Below are positions 25,848-35,460 of a stretch of DNA of 64,000 bases, in pieces. Positions within the stretch are counted from its first letter, which is position 1. Each line of letters begins with the position of its first letter. Source of the DNA: Bryobacteraceae bacterium (GTDB taxonomy: Bacteria; Acidobacteriota; Terriglobia; Bryobacterales; Bryobacteraceae); NCBI GenBank assembly GCA_049520215.1, contig JBEKPZ010000013.1, positions 3,334 through 67,333 of the forward strand. The letters are read 5' to 3'. Both the position numbers and the translations under genes were made by a program. The notes below the pieces were generated by a model. The model saw only the letters and a list, made by a program, of their open reading frames with translations. It searched no databases and was not told where the DNA came from.

Positions 25848-28256
25848 ATGAATAGCTTCGCGCAGGATTTCCGCTATGCCTTCCGCAACCTGCGGCATAA
25901 TCCCGCCTTCACGGCAGTCGCGATCGGCGCGTTGGCCATCGGTATCGGTGCGAACACGGCCGTCTTTACGGTCGTCGAATCGGTGCTGCTGCGGCCGCTA
26001 CCGTATCACGAACCGTCCCAGTTGTACACGGTCCGGCCTATGCCTAAGCAGCCAACGCCGTTCGGCGGCGGGTCGATGTCCGATCCCCAATTCATCGCCT
26101 GCCGGTCCGCCACCACGGCCTTCCAGCAGCTTGCGGCCTACGACGGCGGGAACTGGAACGGCACAGGTGTTGGCGATCCCGTAGCTATTCACGGCCAGGA
26201 GGTAACCACCAACTTCTTCGCCACGCTGGGTGTGCAGCCCCAACTCGGTCGCGGCTTTCGGCCCGAAGAGGAGTCGCCCGCCGCCCCCAAGGTCGCGGTC
26301 TTGAGCGATACCTTCTGGCGCACTCACTTCCAGGGCGGCCGCGATGTGCTGGGCAAGTCGATAACGCTCGACGGCGTGCCTCGTACCATCGTTGGCGTGA
26401 TGCCGGCGGGTTTCGACCCCATTCAGGAACTTTGGCTCCCGGCGGTCCTGGAGCCGGACAATCATCACATCGCCTTCCGGCAGGTGATCGGCAGGCTCGC
26501 GGCGGGCGCCACTCTGGCGCGCGCGAAAGACGAACTGGACGCGGCCAACGCGCGGGTGACGGCCGAGGAGCACGGCCGGCATGGCGAAAAAATGGAGATG
26601 GCCATCGCCCCGTTGCGCGACAGCATCGTCGGCGACGCACGGCCCGCCCTGCTAGTCTTCCTGGGAGCGGTGGGTTGCGTGCTGCTGATCGCCTGCGTGA
26701 ACGTAGCCAATCTGTTGCTCTCCCGCGCGTCGGCGCGCAAGCAGGAGATCGCCATTCGCGCATCGCTGGGCGCTACGCGCTGGCGCCTGGCGCGGCAACT
26801 GCTGACCGAGAGCGCCATGCTCGGCGTCATCGGCGGATTGCTCGGCCTCATCGTCGCGCTCTGGGGCGTCGAAACCTTGATCCAGTTCGCGCCCGCCAAT
26901 CGCATCCCGCGCATCGATGAGATCCGCTTCGACGGCTGGGTGTTCGCTTTCAATATGGGCGTCTCCCTCGTAACCAGCGTGCTCTTCGGCCTGGCGCCCG
27001 CGCTGCAATTGACGCGCGCGCGACAGACGCGGAATTGGAAAGATGCAGCCGCCCGCGGCAGCGCCCGCACCGGCGCGCTGCGCTCCGTGCTCGTCATGGC
27101 GGAAGTGGCGCTGGCTCTGACCCTCCTGATCGGCGCGGGCCTGCTCGTCCGCAGCTTCGAGAAATTGCGCAGCGTCAACCTCGGTTTCCGGCCCGACAAC
27201 GTCCTGGCGGTGAGCGTGCAACTCTACGGCAAGCCATACGAATCGGCTGCACAAATCCAACGCTTCGACAACGATGTCCTGGAACGCATCTCGCACGTGG
27301 ACGGTGTGACCGCTGCCGGACTGGTGAACTGGCTGCCCATGTCCGAAGCCCTCATCCAGGGAGATTTCAAACTGGGTGACCAGCAACTGCCGCCGGACGT
27401 GATCGTCGCCAAACCCGCCGTCAGCCCCGGCTATTTCAGGGCGATGGGCATCCCGCTCCTGCGCGGCCGGTCGTTCGATGAGCACGACACCCTGAAATCC
27501 GCACAGGTAGCCATGGTCGATCAGTCCTTCGCCCGCCGCTTCTGGCCGCACCAGGATCCCATCGGCAAGCGTATCAGCTTCGCCGACAATCCCAAAGCGG
27601 AGGACGACTGGATGATCGTAGTCGGCGTGGCGGGATCGATCCGCCAGCAGAATCCGGCCTCGCGGATCATGGCCATTTACCAGCCGGTCGCACAAGTGCA
27701 GGTGCCGGTCTTCCTGCAATACGCCAGCTTCGTGGTGCGCTCGCATGCGGATACCGCCAGCCTCGCCCCGGCGTTGCGCGCGCAGCTCTGGAATGTGGAC
27801 AAAGACCTGCCCATCCAAACGATCAGCAGCATGCAGGACTTGCTGTACGCCTCCACGGCCGAGCCGCGCTTTCAAACGCGTGTTCTCGCGTCGTTCTCCT
27901 CCGTCGCTTTTCTGCTAGCCATCGTCGGCATTTACGGCGTGATGGCTTATTCGGTGACGCAGCGCACGCAGGAAATCGGCATCCGCATGGCGCTCGGCGC
28001 CGAGCGCCGCCACATCGTGCATATGATCCTGTGGCGCAGCGCCGCGTTGGTCTTGGGCGGCCTCGGGATCGGACTCGCCGGCGCCTGGGCCACCACGCGG
28101 GTGTTGAAGGACTTTCTCTTCGAGGTGACGCCATTCGATCCGCTTACTTTCGCCGCCGTATCGCTGTTGCTGGCGTTAGTTGCACTGGCCGCTTGCTACC
28201 TTCCCGCGCGGCGCGCAGCCGCCATCGATCCGCTGGTGGCATTACGATATGAGTAA
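25848..28256 (+). CDS. ADOP-type duplicated MacB/FtsX ABC permease
   Basis: GGAGG SD, then ATG. FRYAFRNLRHNPAFTAVAIGALAIGIGANTAVFTVVESVLLRPLPY N-terminus, two FtsX-like 4-TM blocks, and the C-terminal ARRAAAIDPLVALRYE characteristic of the acidobacterial duplicated orphan permease family. Confidence 0.9.
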   Translation: MNSFAQDFRYAFRNLRHNPAFTAVAIGALAIGIGANTAVFTVVESVLLRPLPYHEPSQLYTVRPMPKQPTPFGGGSMSDPQFIACRSATTAFQQLAAYDGGNWNGTGVGDPVAIHGQEVTTNFFATLGVQPQLGRGFRPEEESPAAPKVAVLSDTFWRTHFQGGRDVLGKSITLDGVPRTIVGVMPAGFDPIQELWLPAVLEPDNHHIAFRQVIGRLAAGATLARAKDELDAANARVTAEEHGRHGEKMEMAIAPLRDSIVGDARPALLVFLGAVGCVLLIACVNVANLLLSRASARKQEIAIRASLGATRWRLARQLLTESAMLGVIGGLLGLIVALWGVETLIQFAPANRIPRIDEIRFDGWVFAFNMGVSLVTSVLFGLAPALQLTRARQTRNWKDAAARGSARTGALRSVLVMAEVALALTLLIGAGLLVRSFEKLRSVNLGFRPDNVLAVSVQLYGKPYESAAQIQRFDNDVLERISHVDGVTAAGLVNWLPMSEALIQGDFKLGDQQLPPDVIVAKPAVSPGYFRAMGIPLLRGRSFDEHDTLKSAQVAMVDQSFARRFWPHQDPIGKRISFADNPKAEDDWMIVVGVAGSIRQQNPASRIMAIYQPVAQVQVPVFLQYASFVVRSHADTASLAPALRAQLWNVDKDLPIQTISSMQDLLYASTAEPRFQTRVLASFSSVAFLLAIVGIYGVMAYSVTQRTQEIGIRMALGAERRHIVHMILWRSAALVLGGLGIGLAGAWATTRVLKDFLFEVTPFDPLTFAAVSLLLALVALAACYLPARRAAAIDPLVALRYE
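28224..28255 (+). repeat. 32-bp direct repeat, copy 1 (3-prime end of ADOP gene)
   Basis: atcgatccgctggtggcattacgatatgagta is identical to 29033..29064. Confidence 0.9.
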
Positions 28257-28263
28257 ACTGCGC

Positions 28264-29032
28264 CTACGGCGTGAACGAGAAGACGGTTCCTTCGTTGAAA
28301 GCGCCGCCTTCTTGGGTCGTGCCGTAGAGCACGCCATTGCCGTCGACGGCGAGACTCCCGTTGGGCGTGGCGCCATCGGCGGCACTCTTGAAACTGTAGA
28401 GCACTGCTTCGGTCCAGGAACCCCCAGGAGACGCGGGTGGTGTTAGCGAGAAGATTGTGCCGCAGCCTTGTTCGAGAAAGCAGCCTGGGAGTCCGCCCCA
28501 TTGGGTTGTCCCATAGAGCACACCGTTGAAGGCGGTGAGTCCACCTGTGGGCAAGGCGCCATCGCCATTCAGTACACCAGTAAATTGATACAGGACCGCG
28601 AACTTCCCCTCTCCCGAGGAGCCTGGCGGGATCATGGACCACACAGACCCGCAACCTTCAGTGCAGTTATTACCTACCGATCCATCAGAGCCGGAAGACG
28701 CGGTGCCGAAAAGCGCTCCACTGTTGTCAACGAGAACTCCCCCGAGCGGAACCGTTCCGTCGCCAATACGGCCGGTGAAATCATGAAGGATCGTTTCGAC
28801 CCAAGGGCCGCCGGGAATGTGTGGCGGGGTCAACGAAAATATCGTCCCGCAACCACTAAAATCCCCGTAGCAGCCGCCGGTACCGCCTGCCTCAGTCGTG
28901 CCATAAAGCTGGCCGTAAGAGCCTAAAGCAACGTCGTTGGGCCGTAGGCCATCGCTACCCCCGGTGAAGGTGTGGAGGATCGTTTCCTGCCAAGATCCGC
29001 CGGGAGATGCCGGCGGAGTCGAGGAGAGCACG
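28264..29032 (-). pseudogene. GloVer (choice-of-anchor tandem repeat) protein fragment lacking N-terminus and signal peptide
   Basis: Five to six repeats of the form GGxDGxxPxxGL...G.LYGTT..GG...GCGTIFSLTPP...GGSW. There is no credible start. The ORF 5-prime end reads into antisense of an ADOP 3-prime remnant. Confidence 0.7.
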
Positions 29033-29064
29033 ATCGATCCGCTGGTGGCATTACGATATGAGTA
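29033..29064 (+). repeat. 32-bp direct repeat, copy 2 (orphan ADOP 3-prime remnant IDPLVALRYE-stop)
   Basis: Identical to 28224..28255. Its TAG stop abuts the ATG of the next gene (TAGATG). Confidence 0.9.
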
Positions 29065-29065
29065 G

Positions 29066-30472
29066 ATGGCGGAAGAATCCAACAGCACTCGGCCGAAAGC
29101 CCTGAAGATCAATCTCGACGGCCGCAGGTACGGCACGTTTGCCGAAATCGGCGCCGGCCAGGAGGTTGCCCGCTGGTTCTTCCACGCCGGGAAAGCCGCC
29201 GGCACCATCGCCCTGACCGCTTCGGCTTACGACATGGCCATCAGCGATAGCATTTACGGCCCGACCCAGCACTACGTCAGCCGCCAGCGCCTGGAGGCCA
29301 TGCTCGACCACGAGTTCAAACGTCTGGTGGAGCGCCTGGACCAGAGCCGCGGAGAGCACACCGCGTTCTTCGTATTCGCGGATACATCCGCCACGCAAAC
29401 CCACTCGCACCGGCCCGCGGGACATAGCTGGCTGGGCGTCCGTTTCCAGACGGAGCCACGCGGCGAGCCATCCGAGATCATTCTGCACGTGGAAATGCTG
29501 GACCCTGTCACGGTCGAGCAGCAAGAGGCACTCGGCCTGGCCGGCGTGAACCTGATCTATGCCGCCTTCTACTATGCGGACGATCCCGCGCACCTGATTG
29601 CCTCGTTGATGGACGATCTGAGCCGCCGCCGGATCGAAGTAGATATGATCAAGTTCTCCGGCCCGGCATTCGCAAAGGTGGACAACCGCCTGATGAGCCT
29701 GCAGCTCGTCGAACAGGGGCTTACTGACGCCGTCATGTTTACGGCCGATGGCGCGGTCGTGCAACCCGCGGAAGTGCTCTACAACAAGCCGGTGATGATT
29801 GGGCGGGGCAACTTCCGGCCGGTCACTAACGTCACGCTGGAAATGCTGGACCGCGCCGTCCGCCAGCTTCAGCAGGATTCACCGGACGCCCAGGACCTAA
29901 TCGCCATCATGGAGATGACGTTGAATAACCTGATGTCCGAGCAAGCTATCGATCCCCAGGATTTCCTGGCGCGCGTCGATATTCTGGGCGTGCTGGGCAA
30001 AATGGTCATAATTTCGAATTACACCAGGTTCGACATGGTCACCAGCTACTTGCGCCACTACACGCAAAACTGGATCGGGATGGCCATGGGCGTCCCAACC
30101 TTGCGCCAGGTGTTCGATGAGAAATACTACGCCGAAATGGAAGGCGGCATCCTGGAGGGTTTAGGCAAACTCTTCCAGGGACGCGTCAAGCTGCTCATCC
30201 TTCCGACGCGAGAAACAGACGCCGGAGAGCTGACTACCTCCGATCGGCTCGACGTGAAACCGGAACTGACCCACCTATACAGACATCTCGTCGAGAACGG
30301 TTACATCGAATCCATCCGCGAGTTCGACCCCGCCGACTTGCACGTCACGCCGGGCGAAGTGCTGGCAGCCATCCAATCGGGCGACCCAAGCTGGGAAAAG
30401 CTGGTGCCGCCACAAGCCGCCGAGGTGATCAAGCAGAAGGGCTTGTTCGGCTACAATGGAGGGCGGGCTTGA
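29066..30472 (+). CDS. Conserved hypothetical protein
   Basis: 468-aa ORF. The N-terminal KINLDGRRYGTFAEIGAGQEVARWFFHAGKAAGTIALTASAYDM looks like a conserved family I cannot name. The stop codon lies in the loop of hairpin 30463-30478. Confidence 0.8.
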   Translation: MAEESNSTRPKALKINLDGRRYGTFAEIGAGQEVARWFFHAGKAAGTIALTASAYDMAISDSIYGPTQHYVSRQRLEAMLDHEFKRLVERLDQSRGEHTAFFVFADTSATQTHSHRPAGHSWLGVRFQTEPRGEPSEIILHVEMLDPVTVEQQEALGLAGVNLIYAAFYYADDPAHLIASLMDDLSRRRIEVDMIKFSGPAFAKVDNRLMSLQLVEQGLTDAVMFTADGAVVQPAEVLYNKPVMIGRGNFRPVTNVTLEMLDRAVRQLQQDSPDAQDLIAIMEMTLNNLMSEQAIDPQDFLARVDILGVLGKMVIISNYTRFDMVTSYLRHYTQNWIGMAMGVPTLRQVFDEKYYAEMEGGILEGLGKLFQGRVKLLILPTRETDAGELTTSDRLDVKPELTHLYRHLVENGYIESIREFDPADLHVTPGEVLAAIQSGDPSWEKLVPPQAAEVIKQKGLFGYNGGRA

Positions 30473-30496
30473 GCCCGCGCGGGGCTTTAGCCCCGC
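30463..30496. repeat. Hairpin module pair overlapping a CDS end
   Basis: GCGGGCTtgAGCCCGC then GCGGGGCTttAGCCCCGC. Near-identical to 8618..8652. Confidence 0.7.
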
Positions 30497-30566
30497 TCGC
30501 GTATTCCACCACTAGCAAATACCCCACCAACGGAAATAGGAAACTTTTCCAGGAGGGAAACACCAA

Positions 30567-31331
30567 GTGAATAAGCTGCTATACGCCACAGTTGGAGCCG
30601 CCTGCCTCGTCGCCGCCGGCTGTTCGAAGAAAGTTGCCATGAAGCCGGCGCCCCCACCCGCGGTATAACAGGCTAAAGCGAGCGTCCCGGATAGACCCGT
30701 GATCTCGCTGTTTGCCGCTTCGCCCGGAACCATCGACAAAGGCGGCCAGGCAACCCTGCGTTGGGCCGTGGAACACGCCGACAACGTGCAGATCGCTCCG
30801 GCGTTGGGACAGGTACAGGAGTCCGGGAGCCGCGAAATCTTTCCCAGCGCCGACACCGTTTACACATTGACGGCCACCGGGCCGGGCGGAACTGCATCCG
30901 CCAGGGCCAGTATCGGCATCCTCGTACACACAGCATCCACAAGAATGCCGGATCAGGCGACCAGGAATCAGATCCAGGAGTTGCTCAACCGCATTCAGGA
31001 CGCTTACTTCGACTACAACAAGCACAGTCTTCGCCCGGACGCGGAGCAGGCCCTGGTGGCGGACGCCAAAACCCTCGGCGAAATCCTGAAGGACTATCCG
31101 GACTATAAGCTCACCGTGCAGGGCCATTGCGATGAGCGCGGATCGGAAGAATATAACCTGGCCCTCGGCGATGAGCGCGCCACTCAAGCCAAGGACTATC
31201 TGCCCTCCCTGGGTGTTCCGGGCGCGCAACTGAAGACCATCAGCTACGGCAAAGAGAGACAGGTCTGCAGCGAGCACGACGAAGCGTGCTGGCAGAAGAA
31301 CCGCCGCGCGCACATCACGCAAGAGCAGTAA
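30567..31331 (+). pseudogene. Pal/OmpA-family peptidoglycan-associated lipoprotein with an in-frame TAA
   Basis: AGGAGGG SD, then GTG 30567 giving MNKLLYATVGAACLVAAGCSKK (lipobox). TAA at 30666-30668 is in the same frame as the downstream ORF 30699..31331, which encodes DAYFDYNKHSLRPDA...LTVQGHCDERGSEEYNLALGDERA...NRRAHI (OmpA-like domain). Confidence 0.7.
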
Positions 31332-31407
31332 ACCGGACTTCGCCCCGCGGGTAAATGAAACGCCGCGGCGACGCAGTGCGTCCGATCTGGCAGCGGAGGG
31401 TAGCCGT

Positions 31408-32652
31408 ATGTCTCTACGTGGCGCTTCGTTCGCGTGCCGATTTTGGGCAGCTCTGATGCTCGCCTCTTTGTCTACAGCCATGGCTGCCGCACCGGCCATC
31501 CTCGTTATCGGTTCGGATCAGTCCTTGGTGACAACCTTCACGCTGTCGCCCGACAACGCGGATCTGCTGTGGTTTTTCGATAACACACCGCTGTTGACGT
31601 CCGGCCAGCCCTCGATCACAGGCCAGCTTTTCGACAATGGCAACCTCCTGGGGACGCTCACTCAAGTGCAAACCGTGGATCTCGAAATGGTCTTCGAGTC
31701 GCTTTCGAGTCAGTATGCCGACACTGGCGACGCGACGGTGCCTGCCCGGGTAGACTTCGGCAGTTTGAACAAAGGAACCGCTACAGGGTGCCTGATCGTC
31801 ACCGTGACCGGAGGCTCGATCAGCCTCAGTGTCGGCGATATCGTCTCCTACGACGGTCTCAGCGCCAGCCCGGATAGCTTTACCCCTCTAGGAGACCTGA
31901 CCGTCACAAACAGGGCCCTCACTGGCGGTTCGACGCCTCCGGCGCTATCGATCGCGAGCAGCGGCATCGTGAACGCGGCCAGCTATGGCGCGGGTGCGGG
32001 CCTGTCTCCCGGGAGCATCGCCTCGATCTTCGGAGCGTTCGCTCAGATCTGCCCGGCGGGCAGTGAGAGCGTCCCGCTTCCCATCAGCCTCTCGGGACTT
32101 TCCATGCAGTCGGGCAGCTTGCAATCGCCTTTGTTCTACGCCTCGGCAGGCCAAGTGAACCTGCAGATTCCCTGGGAACTGGCAGGCCAGACCCAGACCA
32201 CTTTGGTCCCGACGCTCAATGGCCAGGCTGGCGCCGGGCAAACCTTCAGCCTTGCGCCATCTTCGCCAGGAATCTTCTCTATGAATTCCCAGGGTACCGG
32301 CCAAGGCGCGATCCTGGATTCCTCCTATCGCCTGGTGGACTCCACGAACCCGGCAACACCCGGCACGACCGTCATCCTGATCTACGGTACGGGTCTCGGA
32401 CAAGTTACCAACCAGCCTCCGACCGGTTCACCTGCCCTAAGCAGTCCGCTCTCAGAGACGCCCACGAAGCCGACGGTGACCATAGGTGGAGTGCCCGCTA
32501 GTGTGATGTTCTCCGGGCTCGCCCCAGGCTTCGTGGGCTTGTACCAGGTGAACGCCCAAGTGCCCGCCGGTACGCCCGCCGGACCTTCGGCGCCCGTCGT
32601 CGTTTCGATGGGCGGAGTCGACTCAAACACAGTCACGATTGCCGTGCAGTAA
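31408..32652 (+). CDS. Secreted protein with Solibacter-type C-terminal domain
   Basis: Signal peptide AALMLASLSTAMAAAP. The C-terminal IVNAASYGAG...SIFG...FSGLAPGFVGLYQVNAQVPAG...TIAVQ matches the TIGR03437-type domain. Confidence 0.8.
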   Translation: MSLRGASFACRFWAALMLASLSTAMAAAPAILVIGSDQSLVTTFTLSPDNADLLWFFDNTPLLTSGQPSITGQLFDNGNLLGTLTQVQTVDLEMVFESLSSQYADTGDATVPARVDFGSLNKGTATGCLIVTVTGGSISLSVGDIVSYDGLSASPDSFTPLGDLTVTNRALTGGSTPPALSIASSGIVNAASYGAGAGLSPGSIASIFGAFAQICPAGSESVPLPISLSGLSMQSGSLQSPLFYASAGQVNLQIPWELAGQTQTTLVPTLNGQAGAGQTFSLAPSSPGIFSMNSQGTGQGAILDSSYRLVDSTNPATPGTTVILIYGTGLGQVTNQPPTGSPALSSPLSETPTKPTVTIGGVPASVMFSGLAPGFVGLYQVNAQVPAGTPAGPSAPVVVSMGGVDSNTVTIAVQ

Positions 32653-33961
32653 CCGGCATCGCCACCGTCCGCGGCTCGATGCCAGCTTTGGCCAGCACGG
32701 CGTAAACCACGAAGCCCGCCACGAAGCTATACAGCACGGCCGGCTGCACGTAAGTCTTCAGCGACTCGGAAATCGGCAGGAACGGCAGTATCCCGACCAC
32801 GAAGCCCACCGCCCACGCCAGATATCCGGCCCAGTTGATGCCTGCGCGCGGACCTGCCCAACGCTTGCCCGAGAGCAGATAGTCCGCCGCCATGGCCCCG
32901 CAAATCGGACCGAACGACGCGCCCACGATGGTGAAGAAGCCGATCAGGTTTTGGGCCACGCCGGTCACCGCCAGCACGATGGACACGGTCACCCCCGCCA
33001 TGGTGGACGAGACGCGCGGCACGCCCGGTATCATCGTCGAGAAGCTATTGCCGGCGATGAAGGCGCAGAAGCAGGCGGGCGCCACCGAGGCGATGGTAAA
33101 CAGCGCAAACATGGCAGTGGCCAGCAGGCCGCCGATAGACCGGATCACGTCGTCATACCCCAGCCCCGGAAGCTTGTACAATGTGCTGGCGCCGGCCACT
33201 GACAGCAGCGGCAATCCGGCCGCAAATACGATCGCCAACGTGATGCCGGTAAGCCCGCCCATGCGCACGTCTTTTGCGTTGCGGCTGTTCATCCCGAAAT
33301 CCGCGCCCGCCGCGCCCGCCGTGGCGAAGAAGCCGATAATGATCTGAATCAGCAGCGTGAAAGCCACGAACGGCTGCGGATCGGCCGGCACGTATGCTGC
33401 AATGCCCGAGCTGGTTCGAAAGAACACCAGCAGCACCATGGCGGCGGGAATCACAATGAGGTAGCGCGAAAGCTTGGCCACGTATTGAATCCCCATCACG
33501 CCGATGTAGGCCATCCCGTATCCCCAGAGGATGCCGATGGCGATGAAGGGCAGGCTTCCGGGCCCGGCCTTGGATCCCACCGTGTTCAAAATGAACTGCG
33601 TCGAAATGGCCGTATTCACCGCGAACCAGCCGACCTGCAGCAATCCCATCAGCAGGCCGGGCATGACGTAGCCGCCCGCCGTGCCGAAAGTCGAACTGCC
33701 GACCACGTACAGCGGATAGCCCGTCTTCATGCCTAACATCGCCGGCGCGTAATAGTAAAGCGCGCAGCTCAGCAGCCCGGCAACTACGATGGCGGCGATG
33801 CACAGGCCCAGACCGGCGTGCGGGATGGTGTCCCTGGCGATCGAGAGGTAAAAGGCGATCCACAGAAAAATCCCCGCGTAGCTGGGCGCGGTATTGGCAT
33901 ACCACGGACCGCGGTTCGACGCGGGATTCGGTACGGCTTTGGAAATGTAATCGGGCAGCAT
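32633..33961 (-). CDS. NCS1 family (cytosine/purine/allantoin-type) permease
   Basis: Start at MLPDYISKAVPNP, preceded by AAGGAG. 12 hydrophobic segments. GADFGMNSRN and GPICGAMAADY resemble CodB-like permeases. The upstream 116-codon ORF extension was rejected. Confidence 0.8.
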   Translation of the reverse strand: MLPDYISKAVPNPASNRGPWYANTAPSYAGIFLWIAFYLSIARDTIPHAGLGLCIAAIVVAGLLSCALYYYAPAMLGMKTGYPLYVVGSSTFGTAGGYVMPGLLMGLLQVGWFAVNTAISTQFILNTVGSKAGPGSLPFIAIGILWGYGMAYIGVMGIQYVAKLSRYLIVIPAAMVLLVFFRTSSGIAAYVPADPQPFVAFTLLIQIIIGFFATAGAAGADFGMNSRNAKDVRMGGLTGITLAIVFAAGLPLLSVAGASTLYKLPGLGYDDVIRSIGGLLATAMFALFTIASVAPACFCAFIAGNSFSTMIPGVPRVSSTMAGVTVSIVLAVTGVAQNLIGFFTIVGASFGPICGAMAADYLLSGKRWAGPRAGINWAGYLAWAVGFVVGILPFLPISESLKTYVQPAVLYSFVAGFVVYAVLAKAGIEPRTVAMPVTARQS

Positions 33962-34145
33962 GGCCACTCCTTTTCGGAAGCCGCAGTATACTACGAGGCG
34001 GGTGGAAGGCGGGTGCGGGTGTTGCGCGGTGGGTGTGGGCTGCCAGCTTCGGCGCTCACGCGAGGACGTTTGCGGAAAAAGGGTCGAGGCATGCTCGGCC
34101 CCACTTGCGAGCAGTATAATGTGACTAACGAAAGGCGGTGCTTGC

Positions 34146-35354
34146 ATGCGGGGGAGCAGCCCGGCACGAAGTTTCGCGAGCCTGACGGTGGGGTTCGCCC
34201 TTTCCTCCCAATGCATATGGGCGCAGGGGCCAATGGGATCAGGCCAGCTACCCCCTACCTCGGTCATAGCGGCGAGGACGTGGGGGACGGGATCTCTGAG
34301 TGGGAGCATCTATTTGACAGGCCGCGTCATGTTGGACGACGGCACGCCGCTCTCCGGGCCGGTGACCATCGAGCGCGTCTGCAGCGGGGCGCCGCGGGTG
34401 CAAGGCTACACGGATCAAAAAGGGCGGTTCAGTTTTCAGATCGGCCAGAAGGCCGGAGTCACGCCGGACGCCAGCGAAGATTCGTCCGGCAGGCCGGGCA
34501 CGCCTCGCCCGAACGACATGCCGGTTGGGGTGGGCCCGCAGCGCTCGCAGTCCACCACCGCCGCTACACAGAACACGCTTGCCAACTGCGATCTACGCGC
34601 GGCGCTGGCGGGTTTTCGCTCGGATACCGTCTCGCTGGGGGCGCTCCGTTTGCTCGACGATCCGAACGTCGGCACGATCCTGTTGCACCGTTTGGCCAAT
34701 GTGGAAGGTACGGCGATCAGCCTCAAAAGTGTGCAGGCTCCTAAGGAGGCCCGCCGGGCGTATGACAAGGCACTGCAAGAACTCCGGAAGAACCAACCGG
34801 CGCAAGCCGCCAAGGAACTCCGGAAGGCTGTGGAGATTTATCCGGAATACGCGGCGGCGTGGTACGAACTGGGCCGGATCGAGGAGCGGGGTGCGGATAT
34901 CGCGCAGGCGCGCAAATCGTTCGCCACCGCGATCGCCGCGGATGCCAAGTTCATCAGCCCGTATTTGAGCATGGCCGAACTGGAGGCCAAGGCGGAAAAC
35001 TGGGCCGAACTGGCTAATATCACCAGCACGCTGCTAAGACTGGACGCGGTGGACTACCCGGTCGCGTATTTCTACAACGCCGCAGCCAATCTGAACGTAG
35101 GCCAAATCGATACGGCGGAAAAGAGCGCCCGCGCCGGGGAGAAGCTGGATACGGCACACCAATATCCCGCGCTGGAACGCGTGCTGGCGATGATCCTGGA
35201 GCGAAAGAAGGATTATGCCGGCGCGGCGGCGCACCTGCGCAGCTACCTGATGCTGGCGCCGGATGCGGAGGATGCCGCGCGGACAAAAAAGGATCTGGCC
35301 GATTTGGAGCGGCTAACGGGCGCCAACGCGCAGGCCAGCGCGGCGCACGAATGA
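34146..35354 (+). CDS. Secreted carboxypeptidase-regulatory-like domain plus TPR repeat protein
   Basis: Signal peptide. GRVMLDDGTPLSGPVTIERV...YTDQKGRFSF (CarboxypepD_reg-like). TPR-like AWYELGRIEERGADIAQARKSFATAIAADAKF. Confidence 0.8.
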   Translation: MRGSSPARSFASLTVGFALSSQCIWAQGPMGSGQLPPTSVIAARTWGTGSLSGSIYLTGRVMLDDGTPLSGPVTIERVCSGAPRVQGYTDQKGRFSFQIGQKAGVTPDASEDSSGRPGTPRPNDMPVGVGPQRSQSTTAATQNTLANCDLRAALAGFRSDTVSLGALRLLDDPNVGTILLHRLANVEGTAISLKSVQAPKEARRAYDKALQELRKNQPAQAAKELRKAVEIYPEYAAAWYELGRIEERGADIAQARKSFATAIAADAKFISPYLSMAELEAKAENWAELANITSTLLRLDAVDYPVAYFYNAAANLNVGQIDTAEKSARAGEKLDTAHQYPALERVLAMILERKKDYAGAAAHLRSYLMLAPDAEDAARTKKDLADLERLTGANAQASAAHE

Positions 35355-35371
35355 CCATTGCGGCGGGATCT

Positions 35372-35460
35372 TGTGGGGCGGGCAATTTTGCCCGCAGCCG
35401 GCTTTTAGCCGGCCCTGGCCGCCTGGAAAGGCGGCTGCGGCCAAGATTGGCCGCCCCACA
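35372..35460. repeat. Complete 89-bp four-hairpin mosaic element
   Basis: TGTGGGGC GGGCAAttttGCCC GC AGCCGGCttttaGCCGGC cctg GCCGCCtggaaaGGCGGC T GCGGCCAAgaTTGGCCGC CCCACA. Confidence 0.9.

Noticed and set aside
26652-27875. 407-aa minus-strand ORF, plus 25998..26582, 26185..26763 and 26465..27199, antisense to the ADOP permease
   Set aside because: These are shadow ORFs. The plus-strand frame has the full ADOP architecture.
30666-30668. Programmed recoding (selenocysteine or pyrrolysine) at the in-frame stop of the pal-like gene
   Set aside because: The codon is TAA, not TGA or TAG, and no SECIS-like context is needed to explain it. A nonsense mutation or sequencing error is simpler.
30579-31499. 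306-aa minus-strand ORF opposite the pal-like gene
   Set aside because: The plus strand encodes a recognisable OmpA-like domain and lipobox. The antisense frame is Arg/Ala-rich.
34105-34120. Sigma-70 promoter call from TTGCGA and TATAAT upstream of the TPR gene
   Set aside because: The two hexamers are only 4 nt apart, so they cannot form a -35/-10 pair. The TATAAT at 34115..34120 alone is insufficient evidence.
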